Assembly (NCBI GenBank): GCA_950097015.1
Contig: CATNEN010000007.1
Span: 8,680,001 to 8,744,000 of the forward strand
From: Macrostomum hystrix
Lineage: Eukaryota > Animalia > Platyhelminthes
Direction: 5' to 3'
DNA: 64,000 bases
In this document: piece by piece, positions 50,901-64,000 of the stretch
Position numbering within the stretch: position 1 is the stretch's first letter
Layout of the letters: each line of letters starts with the position of its first letter
Translations under genes and position numbers: made by a program
Notes under the pieces: generated by a model
Databases searched by the model: none
The model's input: the letters and a program-made list of their open reading frames with translations, nothing else
Told to the model about the DNA's origin: nothing

Positions 50901-53900
50901 TCCGTCTCAATAATTCATTCTTCCGTCTCAATAACTCATTCTTCCGACTCAATAATTCATTCTTCTGTCTCAATAATTCATTCTTCCGTCTCAATAACTC
51001 ATTCTTCTGTCTCAATAATTCATTCTTTCGTCTCAATAATTCATTCTTCCGTCTCAATAACTCATTCTTCCGTCTCAATAACTCATTCTTCCGTCTCAAT
51101 AACTCATTCTTCCGTCTCAATAACTCATTCTTCCGACTCAATAACTCATTCTTCCGTCTCAATAACTCATTCTTCCGACTCAATAACTCATTCTTCCGTC
51201 TCAATAATTCATTCTTCCGACTCAATAATTCATTCTTCCGTCTCAATAACTCATTCTTCCGTCTCAATAACTCATTCTTCCGTCTCAATAATTCATTCTT
51301 CCGACTCAATAATTCATTCTTCCGACTCAATAATTCATTCTTCTGTCTCAATAACTCATTCTTCCGTCTCAATAATTCATTCTTCCGTCTCGATAATTCA
51401 TTCTTCCATCTCAATAATTCATTCTTCCGTCTCAATAATTCATTCTTCCGACTCAATAATTCATTCTTCCGACTCAATAACTCATTCTTCCGTCTCAATA
51501 ACTCATTCTTCCGTCTCAATAACTCATTCTTCCGTCTCAATAATTCATTCTTCCGTCTCGATAATTCATTCTTCCATCTCAATAATTCATTCTTCCGACT
51601 CAATAACTCATTCTTCCGTCTCAATAATTCATTCTTCCATCTCAATAATTCATTCTTCCGTCTCAATAATTCATTCTTCTGTCTCAATAATTCATTCTTC
51701 CGTCTCGATTATTCATTCTTCCGTCTCAATAATTCATTCTTCCGACTCAATAATTCATTCTTCCGTCTCAATAATTCATTCTTCCGTCTCAATAACTCAT
51801 TCTTCCGACTCAATAATTCATTCTTCTGTCTCAATAATTCATTCTTCCGTCTCGATAATTCATTCTTCTGTCTCAATAATTCATTCTTTCGTCTCAATAA
51901 TTCATTCTTCCGTCTCAATAATTCATTCTTCCGTCTCAATAATTCATTCTTCCGTCTCAATAACTCATTCTTCTGTCTCAATAATTCATTCTTCCGTCTC
52001 AATAACTCATTCTTCCGACTCAATAATTCATTCTTCTGTCTCAATAACTCATTCTTCCGACTCAATAATTCATTCTTCTGTCTCAATAACTCATTCTTCT
52101 GTCTCAATAATTCATTCTTCCGTCTCAATAATTTATTCTTCTGACTCAATAATTCATTCTTCTGTCTCAATAACTCATTCTTCCGTCTCAATAATTCATT
52201 CTTCTGACTCAATAATTCATTCTTCCGACTCAATAACTCATTCTTCCGTCTTAATAATTCATTCTTCCATCTCAATAATTCATTCTTCCGACTCAATAAT
52301 TCATTCTTTCGTCTCAATAATTCATTCTTCCGTCTCAATAATTCATTCTTCTGTCTCAATAATTCATTCTTCCGTCTCAATAATTCATTCTTCCGACTCA
52401 ATAATTCATTCTTCCGTCTCAATAATTCATTCTTCCGTCTCAATAATTCATTCTTCCGTCTCAATAATTCATTCTTCCGTCTAAATAATTCATTCTTCTG
52501 TCTCAATAACTCATTCTTCCGTCTCAATAATTCATTCTTCCGTCTCAATAATTCATTCTTCTGTCTCAATAACTCATTCTTCCGTCTCAATAATTCATTC
52601 TTCCGTCTCAATAATTCATTCTTCCGTCTCAATAATTCATTCTTCCGTCTCAATAATTCATTCTTCTTTCTCAATAATTCATTCTTCCGTCTCAATAATT
52701 CATTCTTCTGTCTCAATAACTCATTCTTCCGTCTCAATAATTCATTCTTCCGTCTCAATAATTCATTCTTCTGTCTCAATAACTCATTCTTCCGTCTCAA
52801 TAATTCATTCTTCCGTCTCGATAATTCATTCTTCCGACTCAATAATTCATTCTTCCGTCTCAATAATTCATTCTTCCGACTCAATAATTCATTCTTCCGT
52901 CTCAATAATTCATTCTGCCGTCTCAATAATTCATTCTTCCGTCTCAATAATTCATTCTTCCGACTCAATAATTCATTCTTCCGTCTCAATAATTCATTCT
53001 TTCGTCTCGATAATTCATTCTTCCGACTCAATAATTTATTCTTCCGTCTCAATAATTCATTCTTCCGACTCAAAAATTCATTCTTCCGACTCAATAATTC
53101 ATTCTTCCGTCTCAATAATTCATTCTTCCGACTCAATAATTCATTCTTCCGTCTCGATAATTCATTCTTCCGACTCAATAATTCATTCTTCCGTCTCAAT
53201 AGCTCATTCTTCCGTCTCAATAACTCATTCTTCCGTCTCAATAATTCATTCTTCCGTCTCAATAATTCATTCTTCCGTCTCAATAACTCATTCTTCCGTC
53301 TCAATAACTCATTCTTCCGTCTCAATAATTCATTCTTCTGTCTCAATAATTCATTCTTCCGTCTCAATAATTAATTCTTCCGTCTGAATAACTCATTCTT
53401 CCGTCTCAATAATTCATTCTTCCGTCTCAAGAATTCATTCTTCCGTCTCAATAATTCATTCTTCCGTCTCAATAATTCATTCTTCCGTCTCAATAATTCA
53501 TTCTTCTGTCTCAATAACTCATTCTTCCGTCTCAATAATTCATTCTTCCGTCTCAATAATTCATTCTTCTGTCTCAATAACTCATTCTTCCGTCTCAATA
53601 ATTCATTCTTCCGTCTCAATAATTCATTCTTCTGTCTCAATAACTCATTCTTCCGTCTCAATAATTCATTCTTCCGTCTCAATAATTCATTCTTCCGTCT
53701 CAATAATTCATTCTTCTGTCTCAATAACTCATTCTTCCGTCTCAATAATTCATTCTTCCGTCTCAATAATTCATTCTTCTGTCTCAATAACTCATTCTTC
53801 CGTCTCAATAACTCATTCTTCCGTCTCAATAATTCATTCTTCCGTCTCAATAATTCATTCTTCCGTCTCAATAACTCATTCTTCCGTCTCAATAACTCAT

Positions 53901-54815
53901 TCTTCCGTCTCAATAATTCATTCTTCCGTCTGAATAACTCATTCTTCCGTCTCAATAATTCATTCTTCCGTCTCAATTAAACATTCTTCCGTCTCAATAA
54001 TTCATTCTTCCGTCTCAATAACTCATTCTTCCGTCTCAATAATTCATTCTTCCGTCTCAATAATTCATTCTTCCGTCTCAATAATTCATTCTTCCGTCTC
54101 AATAACTCATTCTTCCGTCTCAATAACTCATTCTTCCGTCTCAATAATTCATTCTTCCGTCTCAATAATTCATTCTTCCGTCTCAATAATTCATTCTTCC
54201 GTCTCAATAATTCATTCTTCCGTCTCAATAATTCATTCTTCCGTCTCAATAACTCATTCTTCTGTCTCAATAATTCATTCTTCCGTCTCAATAATTCATT
54301 CTTCCGTCTCAATAACTCATTCTTCCGTCTCAATAATTCATTCTTCTGTCTCAATAATTCATTCTTCCGTCTCAATAATTCATTCTTCCGTCTCAATAAT
54401 TCATTCTTCCGTCTCAATAATTCATTCTTCCGTCTCAATAATTCATTCTTCCGTCTCAATAACTCATTCTTCCGTCTCAATAACTCATTCTTCCGTCTCA
54501 ATAATTCATTCTTCCTTCTCAATAACTCATTCTTCCGTCTCAATAACTAATTGTTCCGTCTCAATAATTCATTCTTCCGTCTCAATAATTCATTCTTCCG
54601 TCTCAATAATTCATTCTTCCGTCTCAATAATTCATTCTTCCGTCTCAATAACTCATTCTTCTGTCTCAATAATTCATTCTACCGTCTCAATAATTCATTC
54701 TTCCGTCTCAATAATTCATTCTTCCGTCTCAATAATTCATTCTTCTGTCTCAATAATTCATTCTTCCGTCTCAATAATTCATTCTTCCGTCTCAATAATT
54801 CATGCTTCCCATCGA
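44940..54815. repeat. 21-bp satellite array, consensus AATAATTCATTCTTCCGTCTC, with a degenerate left edge (44940-45540)
   Basis: Seen directly; over 400 units with recurrent variants. Confidence 0.99.
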
Positions 54816-56624
54816 TAGTTAAATACGAGCGTACCCTCATGGTCTTTCTACTGTTAAGCAAACAGTCAAAGAATTTAACCTCGCAATGGATGCGATGTTA
54901 GCTAACATGTGAGACAATTCAACTAGAATTTCAATGTTTTGCAAGTACTTTTTTTTCCACAAAATGCGCTCGATCTTTAACTCGAATTCTTAAGTCAGTG
55001 ACTACGGATATCGATTGGACTGAGTGGAGCCTCGTAGCGTGGCGGCGGCCCGACACTTCAGGGCTGACCTGCTGCGCGGCCAATCGATTGCCAAGTGACT
55101 GCAGCCAGGCGGTAATTACTTCTACTTACAGGGCCTTTCTACGTTTTCCAAGCATGTCAATTGAAGCCACTCAGGGCAATGATGCACGCTATTCGATTCT
55201 GGCCAGGGACAGAGGCTTCGCACCGCATGGGAGAAAGTAGAAGAACAGCTGTTGTGGAGCGCCGCGATTTGTCCAGATTCTGCGTAAACAGGGGCGGCAG
55301 TGCTGCAGTTTATTTTTCACCAACTAGAAGGCCGAGTGTCTTCTTCAACTTCCTCATTCGAGTGTCGTAGAGGCTCGACGGAACATTGTTTCGCGAAGCA
55401 GTTTTCATCGGCCAGCTTATTCGGGGAAATCTGGGGGGGCAAACCACTTCTTCAGAGACTGGCTGCGGGGGTCATCCGATTTTCAGTAAAATTGCTTCTG
55501 ACTTCGGCTCTACGGTTGCTTGTGTAAATATTTAGAACTGATGTTGCCGCTTCTCTGCTGCGATTAAGACAAGACTCTACGGCCAGTCTCTTTTCGCCTG
55601 CCTACTTTATCAGGTCGATCTTCAACTATCAAAGTCTAAAGTTACCAAGATCGAAGCGGCCGTTCGTTAAAAAACAGTTCTTCGTCTCTGGCGTCCATTC
55701 TGAAAGCTTTTCCTGATGGGTTTGTCAGACGTTTAAAATGCAGGACATTGGGAGATTAGGCAACCATCTTGCCTTATTGCTGCACTGAACTAAAAATTGA
55801 ATACCCGAGTGAAGCCCGTCATGATCAAGATAAAAAGGCACGACCAATAACACATAAGCTTCCTCCATCCATGAATTTCTGGACTGACGTGACAAGTCTG
55901 GAAGGGAAGTAGCCTGCTTTGAGATAGTCAGATGCAACAAGGTTGGAGAGGTTAAAATCTAACTGTTTCATCAGCGCGCTAATCGTTTCCTTCCGCAGCC
56001 CTCTGTTTTGCTTTCTCCCGCGTCCCACCCGCACTAATGAAGGGTGCAGAGATTGGAGATCTTAGATCCGAGAGGCAGATCTAGGATCCGCAGCAGGCGA
56101 AATCCGAGCTGGTGCCGTCAGGACTCGCGGGACTAGAATTCGACGATTTGCAGCATTCCATCCTTTGATTGTAGTCAGGAAAAGTTCCCTTCCATTTTAA
56201 CTGGCAACGGACCAGCGGAAAGTAAACAGAAGGTCTGAGAGGAACTTTTGTGCTGGACAGTTAATTTCAACTTTCGATAGAGGTGGTTACAATGAATAGT
56301 TCAGACGCCCGTCTTAGCTTGATGTTCAGCACTTTAAACGGTTTCACCTTCAATGCGCGATGATGCCGGGCGCGCGGCCTGCTTTCTGCACGCAATAGCG
56401 TTGGCATAGGAAGTTGCGAGGGAGTAGCAGAGTGCCATTGGTTCCAGTTTCGCAGTGGGGTAGGCTACGAGTGCGCTATAAATGTTGGTTTCCGAGGGAG
56501 AGCGAACACCAAAGCTGGTTGCAAATTCGTAATGCTTTCGAGCTAGGGGTCTTTCCAGAGGCAATCTACATCGACTTTCTCTCCGTTGGATTGAGCTATA
56601 AATAATTTTATAAAATAAATTGCG

Positions 56625-58642
56625 ATGCAGCAACTGCTCCTGTTGTGCTACTGTTGTACGATTGCCGCCGCGAGCAGCGACTGGAACGCTCGTTTCGACG
56701 AAAGCTTCGTGACGCATGAAAGGAATGACGCTAGCTATTCAAAGCTACCGGATGATGTGACGGTGCTTGTACCACGACCAGGCGCAGGCCGCTTTGTCGG
56801 CTTGTTGACCAATGTTACGCAGTGGCCTGACCAGTTAAGCGGGAGCTCGGCAGATCGAGTCTCCGCATTCCTTGGCATCCCGTATGCAGCAAAGCCGACT
56901 GGCTCGCTGCGGTTCCGTCTTCCTCGACCAGCGTATCTTGACTCCCGAGGAAGATGGCTAGCGCGTCGCTATGGAAACGCGTGCCTCCAGGGTACCTTTC
57001 GGTTTCGTCTGAGTTTGCTAAAACTTCCTTCGAAGCAGTTCTCGGAAGACTGCCTGTACATTAATTTGTTTGTACCAGGCAACGCCAGTGAACCCAGACA
57101 AGAGAAACTGCCGGTGCTGCTTAACATCCACGGTGGAAGTCTTTTAGTCAGTGGTCCTCACTCCTATCCTGGACAAGTGCTTGCCGCAAAAGGCATCGTT
57201 ATGGCAACTATTGCCTATCGCTTAAACATATTCGGTTTGATTTCAACCGGAACCTACTCGGCGCCAGGTAATCTGGCCTTGTGGGACCAGCGCGCTGCCC
57301 TCATGTGGATTCGGGACAATGTCAAATTCTTCGGTGGCGATCCAGGACGGGTAACACTCAGCGGCGAGAGTGCCGGAGGCTCCTCGGTTGGACTGCATAT
57401 TGTGTCTAATGGACAAATTTTAAATGGCGGCCGACCTCTGTTTCACCAGGCAGTGCTAATGAGCGGAGCCGACATAGCGAATTGGGCTGTATCTCGACCA
57501 ACTATCGGAGACCACGAGGGCTCCGTGAGCCACATTGCTAACCTGCTCAACTGCTTCAGAGGTTCAGTAGCGGCCACGATAAACTGCCTAAAAAGCCGAT
57601 CTGCGAGCGAAATCGATAAATGGAGCTTGAAAAATCGAGGGGATACCACAGAGCCTGAGTGGCTGTGGGCTCCAGTGGTCGATGGAGTTCTCATCAGCGA
57701 CATTCCTCTGGTGCTGCGGCAAAAAGGTGACTTCATGCGACTGCCAATCATGGGAGGTTGCACCCGGGATGACACAGTGAGGAACGACTTCGCTAGAGAC
57801 GACTCAGTTCGCAATATTCTGTTAGACGAGTTCACCAAAAATGGCACTAAAATGGTGAGCGCTTCCAGATGACCCTGCATTTGAGGATACATTTGTTCTG
57901 AGCTAATTTATCCCGTATAGAATTTAAACTAACAATCTAATCTTTTCTATAATTTTTCAAGATTCCCGGAATCGAGGCCATCGTCGATGACGTCATCAAG
58001 ATTTACCTCAATGATGACAGAAGGGCAAGAAGCCCAGCCGAGCTCAGTATGTTGATGGAGAATGTGACGAGAGACTACGAGATGATTGAGCCGGTATACC
58101 AAGTCCTTCGCTACCATGCCAATCTGCAAGCTGTTCATCAGCCTGTGTTTCTCTACGAGTTCGGCTACGAAAAGCCGCTTCAAGCTAAACCTCTCGTCAA
58201 GCACGGCGACGACCTGGATTACATCCTGGGCCTGCCGTTCATCTCGTCCGACTGGTGGCTCCGAGTCAGTAAAGCCTCAAATCTGTCCCAGTTTGCACTT
58301 TTTAACTCGGACGAGCAGCGAAGAATGAGCGACTTCATGACAACGCTGTGGACCAACTTTGTAAAGTTCGGCGACCCCACTCCAACTCCGGTGCGCGGCT
58401 TCAAGTGGGGCCGAATGTCCAAGGATGGCGCTAACCAATCGAGCCCTTGCGCGATGCTCAACCTGCCCGAGAGGACTCACTTAGTCACTGATTACAAGCG
58501 CCAGGAGATGCAGCTGTGGAAGCGCTACTACGAACTGGAGCTGCAGTACGTGCTGCAGCTTAGTCACGGTCAGTCCTTGAAGGCTGCTTCAAAGTTCCTG
58601 GTTATCGCTTGTATCACTCTGCTTGCAAGGTCGATTGTCTGA
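56625..58642 (+). CDS. Type-B carboxylesterase / cholinesterase-family protein, secreted, with a hydrophobic C-terminus (possible GPI or membrane anchor); intron 57855-57961
   Basis: Signal peptide; FLGIPYA.KP.G.LRF; SEDCLYINLF; HGGS; GNLALWDQ; FGGDP.RVTLSGESAGG; HGDDLDY; WTNFVKFGDP. A phase-0 GTGAG..AG intron joins the two ORFs. Confidence 0.93.
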
Positions 58643-59419
58643 TATATGGAAATAGGACGCGACTATCTGCGAGACCCATTGAAAGTCAGTGACTCAGCAA
58701 CTTTCATGGGCTTCGGAAGTTACGCTGCATTAAACGAGAAAAAAGTCTATTTAATTTCGATGAATGGCAAATTAACTACTCTTTCCTCTAAGCCGTACGT
58801 ATAGGTATTGTGATTATGTGAATTTTTTTTGTTCTGTGCAGTAAATTATAGCCTTTTGAAACCTTCCAGCATGGCATTAACACGTTGGGTTGCGATAATC
58901 ATATGCATACTTTTTTTCTAGCTCGAAGTGTGCAATAATATAGTCATTTTGTTTTTATGTTTTTAATGTTCCCGCCTTCGCTCCTTATCTTTATGCGCAG
59001 CCAATTTGACCCACACTTTATTGCCTCAGCTAGATATTAATTAGTATGATGCAATCAGTACGTGACTTAATGTTCATCAGCACAAGAATACGAGGGCGAA
59101 TTCCACCGCACTTAAAATCACCTGTTGCAGAAAGTTGTATCTGTCTGTTCAAGATACACACGAATTTCTAGAAGGGCTGGAAATGTGCTAAGACTACTAG
59201 AGCGAGATGCGCATGTTTTGAAGTGGAAGAGAATACTTTTGTACCAAAAATAGCTGCAACTGAAAAACTTGATAGAAAAATTCATTATCAATAAGAAATG
59301 AACCTTATGATAACATACAATTTCGTACTGCAGTCAAACTTGCTCGCTTGTGAAAAATGTTTTTGCAACAAAGATTATCATAATTTTCACGTACTCTTCA
59401 GCTCATATGCCAGATTTTT

Positions 59420-59445
59420 TTAGTAGCAGCAGTAGTAGTAGTAGC

Positions 59446-59477
<32 letters not shown>

Positions 59478-59484
59478 CAGTAGT
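59420..59484. repeat. (TAG)n microsatellite
   Basis: Seen directly in the sequence. Confidence 0.95.
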
Positions 59485-60770
59485 TCGCTCGCGACCGGTA
59501 GGTCGCGCCCCTGGCCCTGATGAAGTGCCCGTCGAGGCTTTGCGAGTCCCGAGGGTCGCCACTGAGGTGGCCCGTGTGATCGTGTGATAAACGGCGTCTT
59601 GGCTGGAGGTGCTGCGCCACGCGAGTGGGCTTTTGCCGAAATCCCGAAGAAGCCGGGCACCACGCGGATGGAGAAACATCGCGGGTTTTCGCTTATGTCC
59701 TGCGCCGCGAAGCTGCTCTACAGGATGCTTTTAGCAGGGTTACGGCCTGTGCAGGACCCTACCTGCGGTACGAACAGAACGGGTTCCGGCCCTACCGCGG
59801 CATTGTGACGCAAATCCTGGCTCTATTCGTGGTCTATTGCTCTATTCGAGTCACTCGGCTCTATTCGGCTATTCGGTTCTATTTGAGCCGGGGTTCGACT
59901 TAGTGGTACATGACGCGCTGCCCCTAGTGCTCCGGGCCTACTGCAGTGTCCCGCAGCAGCTGACTCCCGTCAGCTGTACGTGGACACCATCGCTGCGTAG
60001 TGAACCCAGACAGCCTGTCGGACCTGCTCAGCACGACCTCTGGAGTGCTGCAGGGGGACAAGCTGGCGCTTTTTTGTACTTGTGATGGGCTTGATGCTCC
60101 GAACCAGCTTGCCATCTGCGGACGACGGCTTCGAAAACTTCTGTGTCGGCGGTGCACGAGCCGGCGGCACCCCGAGAAAAGGCTCTGCGCTCTCGGATTA
60201 CGCAGACGACATCGTGCTGCTGTCTTCGACGGCGGAATGCGGCTAACGGCTCCTTGATGGCCTGACAAAGGCGGCGGGGACAAATCGGTCTCGTCGTGAA
60301 TGCGCAGAAGACCGAGGTGCTGGCGGTTGCCACACAATCTGCCGGTGCGGATGGTGCTGCTCTCGGGCGCGCTGACGGACTTCCAGGCAGTCTTGAGACC
60401 GTGCTTCTCTACAATACGGAGACATGGACGCTGACGGAGGGGCGCTCGAGGAACAGCTCAATGCGGCGCATGCGGCCCTACTCCATTCTACGTTTGACGT
60501 CCGCCGGGCCAAGGAAGCGATACGACCGATTCCGTGTACAAGCGAGCGTAACTGACGCGCGGCCTACCGACCTGCTGAGACAGCAAAGCCTGCGGCTTGC
60601 TGGGCACGTGATCAGGGCTAAAGCCTTGATAAGGGAGTATAAAAAAGGGAGGGATTGAGAAGGGATAATAAAACTGCCCCGCGCCGTTGCAAAACGTGCT
60701 TCTGTGGACTTCACAGGGACCGCGCAGGCGCGGACGGGACTATCGATCCGCTACATCTGACCTGCTTTTC
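59485..60770 (+). mobile_element. Degenerate RTE-clade retrotransposon RT fragment (same family as 39930-41220)
   Basis: IPKKPG..RGFSLMSCAAKL; EQNGFRP.RG..TQILAL; GVLQGD.LA; YADDIVLLS; VLLYNTETWTL. Confidence 0.85.
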
Positions 60771-62938
60771 TCCGTCATCCTATAATTAAAAAGTTCTTAG
60801 AAATTGTTCAAATAAACTGTCTGTAATAAAAGAGTATGTCGAACATCGCGTTTAAATCTCGTGCATCGTTGAACCTCCGTGCAAACTGCCGAATCAGCGT
60901 GAACTCTTATCGATTGACTTCATTTATTGTAATTATTCAAATATATCATCGTTTAAACAAACTCATAACAATAAAAAGCAATCAATTATAAATATAACAA
61001 GTAACACGTTGAAATATAAACTTTAATCTACGTCATCGCATTAAAATAAAAAATGGCATAAATATATAGAAAGTCGTACATTTAAAATGAGTAGTGTAGA
61101 ATATTACATTCCGCCGTGACGTGAAAGCCTGACGATATCTAGAAACGTATTTATGTATTTATTTACTCTGCATTGTATTTAATGTTAACCCTAGCGAAAA
61201 TATGTGCTCAATATAAGTACATATATGTACTTATACATACATATACATATATACTTTTTCTATTACCGTCTTGGTAGATTTTTATATTTTTGCCTTTATA
61301 AGAGAAAGGCAAATAAAAGATGACGGTAATTACGGCTGGACTTCTCCCGCGCGTTGGGGCTCTAAAGCACACAGACCTGTTGGCTGTTGTGTATGATAAG
61401 TGCCAGCTAGGCCCCTTTTATGTTTTTAGATAATAAACAGATTCATATCCTCTGTTTGGTCATAGTCAGGAAGGTGGTTTGTATGTTAGAATATTTGGAT
61501 TCAGCCTATTTCAGCAAATAGCCTATTTCAGAAATTTTTGGGAATTGAAAAGCAGTTTTTTTCTAAGACAGATATCCTCATATCCTTCTAGTTTTTTTGC
61601 TAACATTTTGTCTAGCACATCAGTTGCACACTTGTTCCACATATATATATATTGTCACCACATTAAAGGACTGAGTGACCTCAGTTATTATTATCAGTAT
61701 AGTCTGCTATAGGGACATTTCTTTGCCATAAAAGCACAAATTATGCAGAAAACTTACCCATGTAGTCACAGGTAAACTGCGACAACAAATACCAAAGCTG
61801 AAAACACTGCTCTAGCAAGTTATATAGGCACAAACTTTTCACGATAGACATACCTATAAGCACTCATTTCTTAGGTGTTTAGAAAAAAGGTACTTTACAA
61901 ATTAGTACTTGAACATGTCTTTGACTAAGGTAGCATGGGACATGCATCATGATGTGTCATGGTTACAGCACTAATTTGTTTAATGTCAATGGTATGACAA
62001 AAGCTGCAAAAAAGCAGAAAAGGCACACTTTAAATGAGAATATCTGAAAAAGTACTTGGCTAATTTGTGTCTGAGGTGTCATTTTGTAGCAGTTCATGCA
62101 TCAAGCAGTTGTAGCAGTATCTGGTGAAATAATTGACCCATGCCTAGGTGAGGCAGAAATAGGATCATAAGACGCATCTGAAAAAGCCATCAGAACACAA
62201 AGCCATTCTTCAGTAGCAAATCATTGACAAAACTATTCGTCCCGAACATTTTTTTAAAGCATAGCTTGGAGCTTGGAGTCAGAGTTGGACATACACTCTG
62301 GTTTGAGAGATCATGTTTTTGTTTTAATTTTCACTTAAATTGAAAAATGTCTGTTGGGGAACCCATACATGCTAAAGTATTACTATAGCAATTAAGCAGT
62401 AAAAAGCAAAAAATGAGTATTATGCAAGTAAGTAATTGTTTTTTAAATTGCTTTAGTATTTTTGTTCTTTACTTTATGGTTAAGTATAACAGAGAAAATT
62501 AGCTTTAGACTTTTTTGCTTACTATATAATACTATAATCACACTATCTGACCCTCAAGCATTGCCTAAATGCAATTGCTAGACTTAGCTACAGTAATGTA
62601 GTCATTCTACTTTATTCACACCCTACATGCGTTTTCTCAGAAGCCATAAAGTTGCTACCATATTAGTTTATACTCCTAAAATATTTTACTTTTTTTCTCA
62701 TTAAAACTACACAGTAAAGCATTAATATTGTTTGCTACTAAAAACTGTTGGTAAGTATGGTAAGAAAATTGAGCTTATCAACATCAGGCTAACTGTCGCT
62801 CATATCCGAAACTTTAACAGACTTCTTTCTCAGGGCACAGCATTGTGTTTTTAAGTAAGCCTGTTGTGTTGATTGCTGTATAGAGCCTTAAATATAGTTT
62901 GTTAATTTCCAGCCTAAAGGCACCCGCAGTGCACAGCA

Positions 62939-64000
62939 ATGTCCGCCGATGTCGCCAGCGCAGAAGCTGTAGCCGCCACTGAAGCGGAAGTGCCAGCAAC
63001 CGAAGAATCGCCGATGGAGCAGGAGCAGCAACGCCAAGCGTCTCCGCCACCTGACAAAAAAGACGTCGATGTTGATGCAGGCGAACCCGCCGCAAGCGCC
63101 GAGCCACTCGCTGAAGAAGACGGCGACAACCCCGCAGCTCACGATGACGGCGAAGGCGACGAAGCCGCGGAGGCGCCGCCGCAAGCTGCAGCCGGCGACA
63201 AAAAGCGAGCTGTCAACGACGAAGAGGAAGACGAGGAGTCGGACGAAGACATCAACGTGATTATCAACAAGACAGACACGGCCAATCCCAACACGGCCTT
63301 CAACCGGCAGCAGCAGCAGGCGGCCGCTGCGAAATCTCAGCGCGCCCGCGGCGATAAGACCGGCGGAGGCGGGGGTCAGCGCACCGCTGTTGACCTGGAC
63401 AATCCCGGCAACATCGGCGGCGCGCCGACCATAGACTATAACGTGGCCAGCCTGCGCGAGGAGGAGAAGCCGTGGACTCGTCCAGGCGCCGACATCGCCG
63501 ACTATTTCAACTACGGCTTTAACGAGGAGTCCTGGGTTGCTTACTGCGAGAAGCAGCGGCAGCTTCGGGCCCAGCACGGTGGCCGCCTGCCCTCGGTGAT
63601 GACCGAGACGCTGCAGCCGTTTCGCTCGCTTCGCCGCGGTGGCGGAGGAAACGATTCGCACGGCCAGTACGATCGCCACCAAGATCGCCAGTATGAGCGG
63701 CATGACCGTCAGCAGGAGCGACACGACCGTCAGCAGGAGCGTCAACAGGCGCCGCCGCCGCCGCAGCGTTCCGCCATCACTGTTATTGGGGCTACTGCTG
63801 GTGACAGTAGACGATCTCGCCGCGACTCCCAGGGCCAGGACGGTGGTCCCCGCATGATTCCCACCCTTGGCGGTGGCAGCGTGCCGTTCATGCACCACGG
63901 CCCGCCCCTGCCGCCGCATCTGCAGCCTCCGATGCAATTACCGCCGGCTGCTGCCGCTGCTTTCGGCTTTGTGCATCAGCCTGCCCAGTTTGTGCCCATG
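62939..64000 (+). CDS. FIP1: Pre-mRNA 3'-end-processing factor FIP1 (5' part; runs off the window end, so it is absent from the ORF track)
   Basis: The ATG at 62939 opens an acidic N-terminus, then SDEDINVII and the Fip1 motif [35 protein letters not shown], then R/D/E- and Pro-rich regions. Confidence 0.93.
   Translation, partial: MSADVASAEAVAATEAEVPATEESPMEQEQQRQASPPPDKKDVDVDAGEPAASAEPLAEEDGDNPAAHDDGEGDEAAEAPPQAAAGDKKRAVNDEEEDEESDEDINVIINKTDTANPNTAFNRQQQQAAAAKSQRARGDKTGGGGGQRTAVDLDNPGNIGGAPTIDYNVASLREEEKPWTRPGADIADYFNYGFNEESWVAYCEKQRQLRAQHGGRLPSVMTETLQPFRSLRRGGGGNDSHGQYDRHQDRQYERHDRQQERHDRQQERQQAPPPPQRSAITVIGATAGDSRRSRRDSQGQDGGPRMIPTLGGGSVPFMHHGPPLPPHLQPPMQLPPAAAAAFGFVHQPAQFVPM

Noticed and set aside
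45685-54543. Long (RRKNELL)n ORFs up to 909 aa that look like perfect coiled coils
   Set aside because: These are a by-product of a stop-free 21-bp satellite frame. They have TTG starts, sporadic stops and no unique flanking coding sequence.
44940-54815. CRISPR-like array
   Set aside because: The repeats are contiguous with no unique spacers, there are no cas genes, and the context is eukaryotic.
55000-56330. Short ORFs upstream of the esterase
   Set aside because: No recognisable motifs; probably a decayed repeat.
62888-63937. 349-aa minus-strand ORF
   Set aside because: Antisense shadow of the GC-rich FIP1 coding sequence on the + strand.

Overview
Intron-containing, repeat-rich animal genomic DNA. 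Gene style is consistent with an invertebrate such as a free-living flatworm (inference only). From 5' to 3': (1) a secreted F-type lectin gene (-, 197-960); (2) a spliced gene fusing about 18 ankyrin repeats to a Mab-21/cGAS-like nucleotidyltransferase (-, 2334-6389); (3) a 5'-truncated LINE; (4) a rearranged eIF4G locus (-, about 9.4-25 kb) with four MIF4G modules upstream of a single MA3-W2 tail, interrupted by Gypsy, LINE and SINE debris; (5) a MITE nested in a tRNA-derived SINE; (6) a decayed, near full-length APE-RT LINE (+, about 29.3-39.0 kb) whose ORF1, once two TSD-bounded nested insertions are removed, starts with an AlkB (ALKBH2/3-like) dioxygenase domain; (7) RTE fragments; (8) head-to-tail Helitron-like units holding a minisatellite, a microsatellite and a roughly 10-kb 21-bp satellite; (9) a type-B carboxylesterase gene; (10) the 5' part of FIP1, which runs off the window end. 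The best candidates for an undescribed system are the AlkB-encoding LINE and the ankyrin-cGLR immune receptor. No database searches were run.
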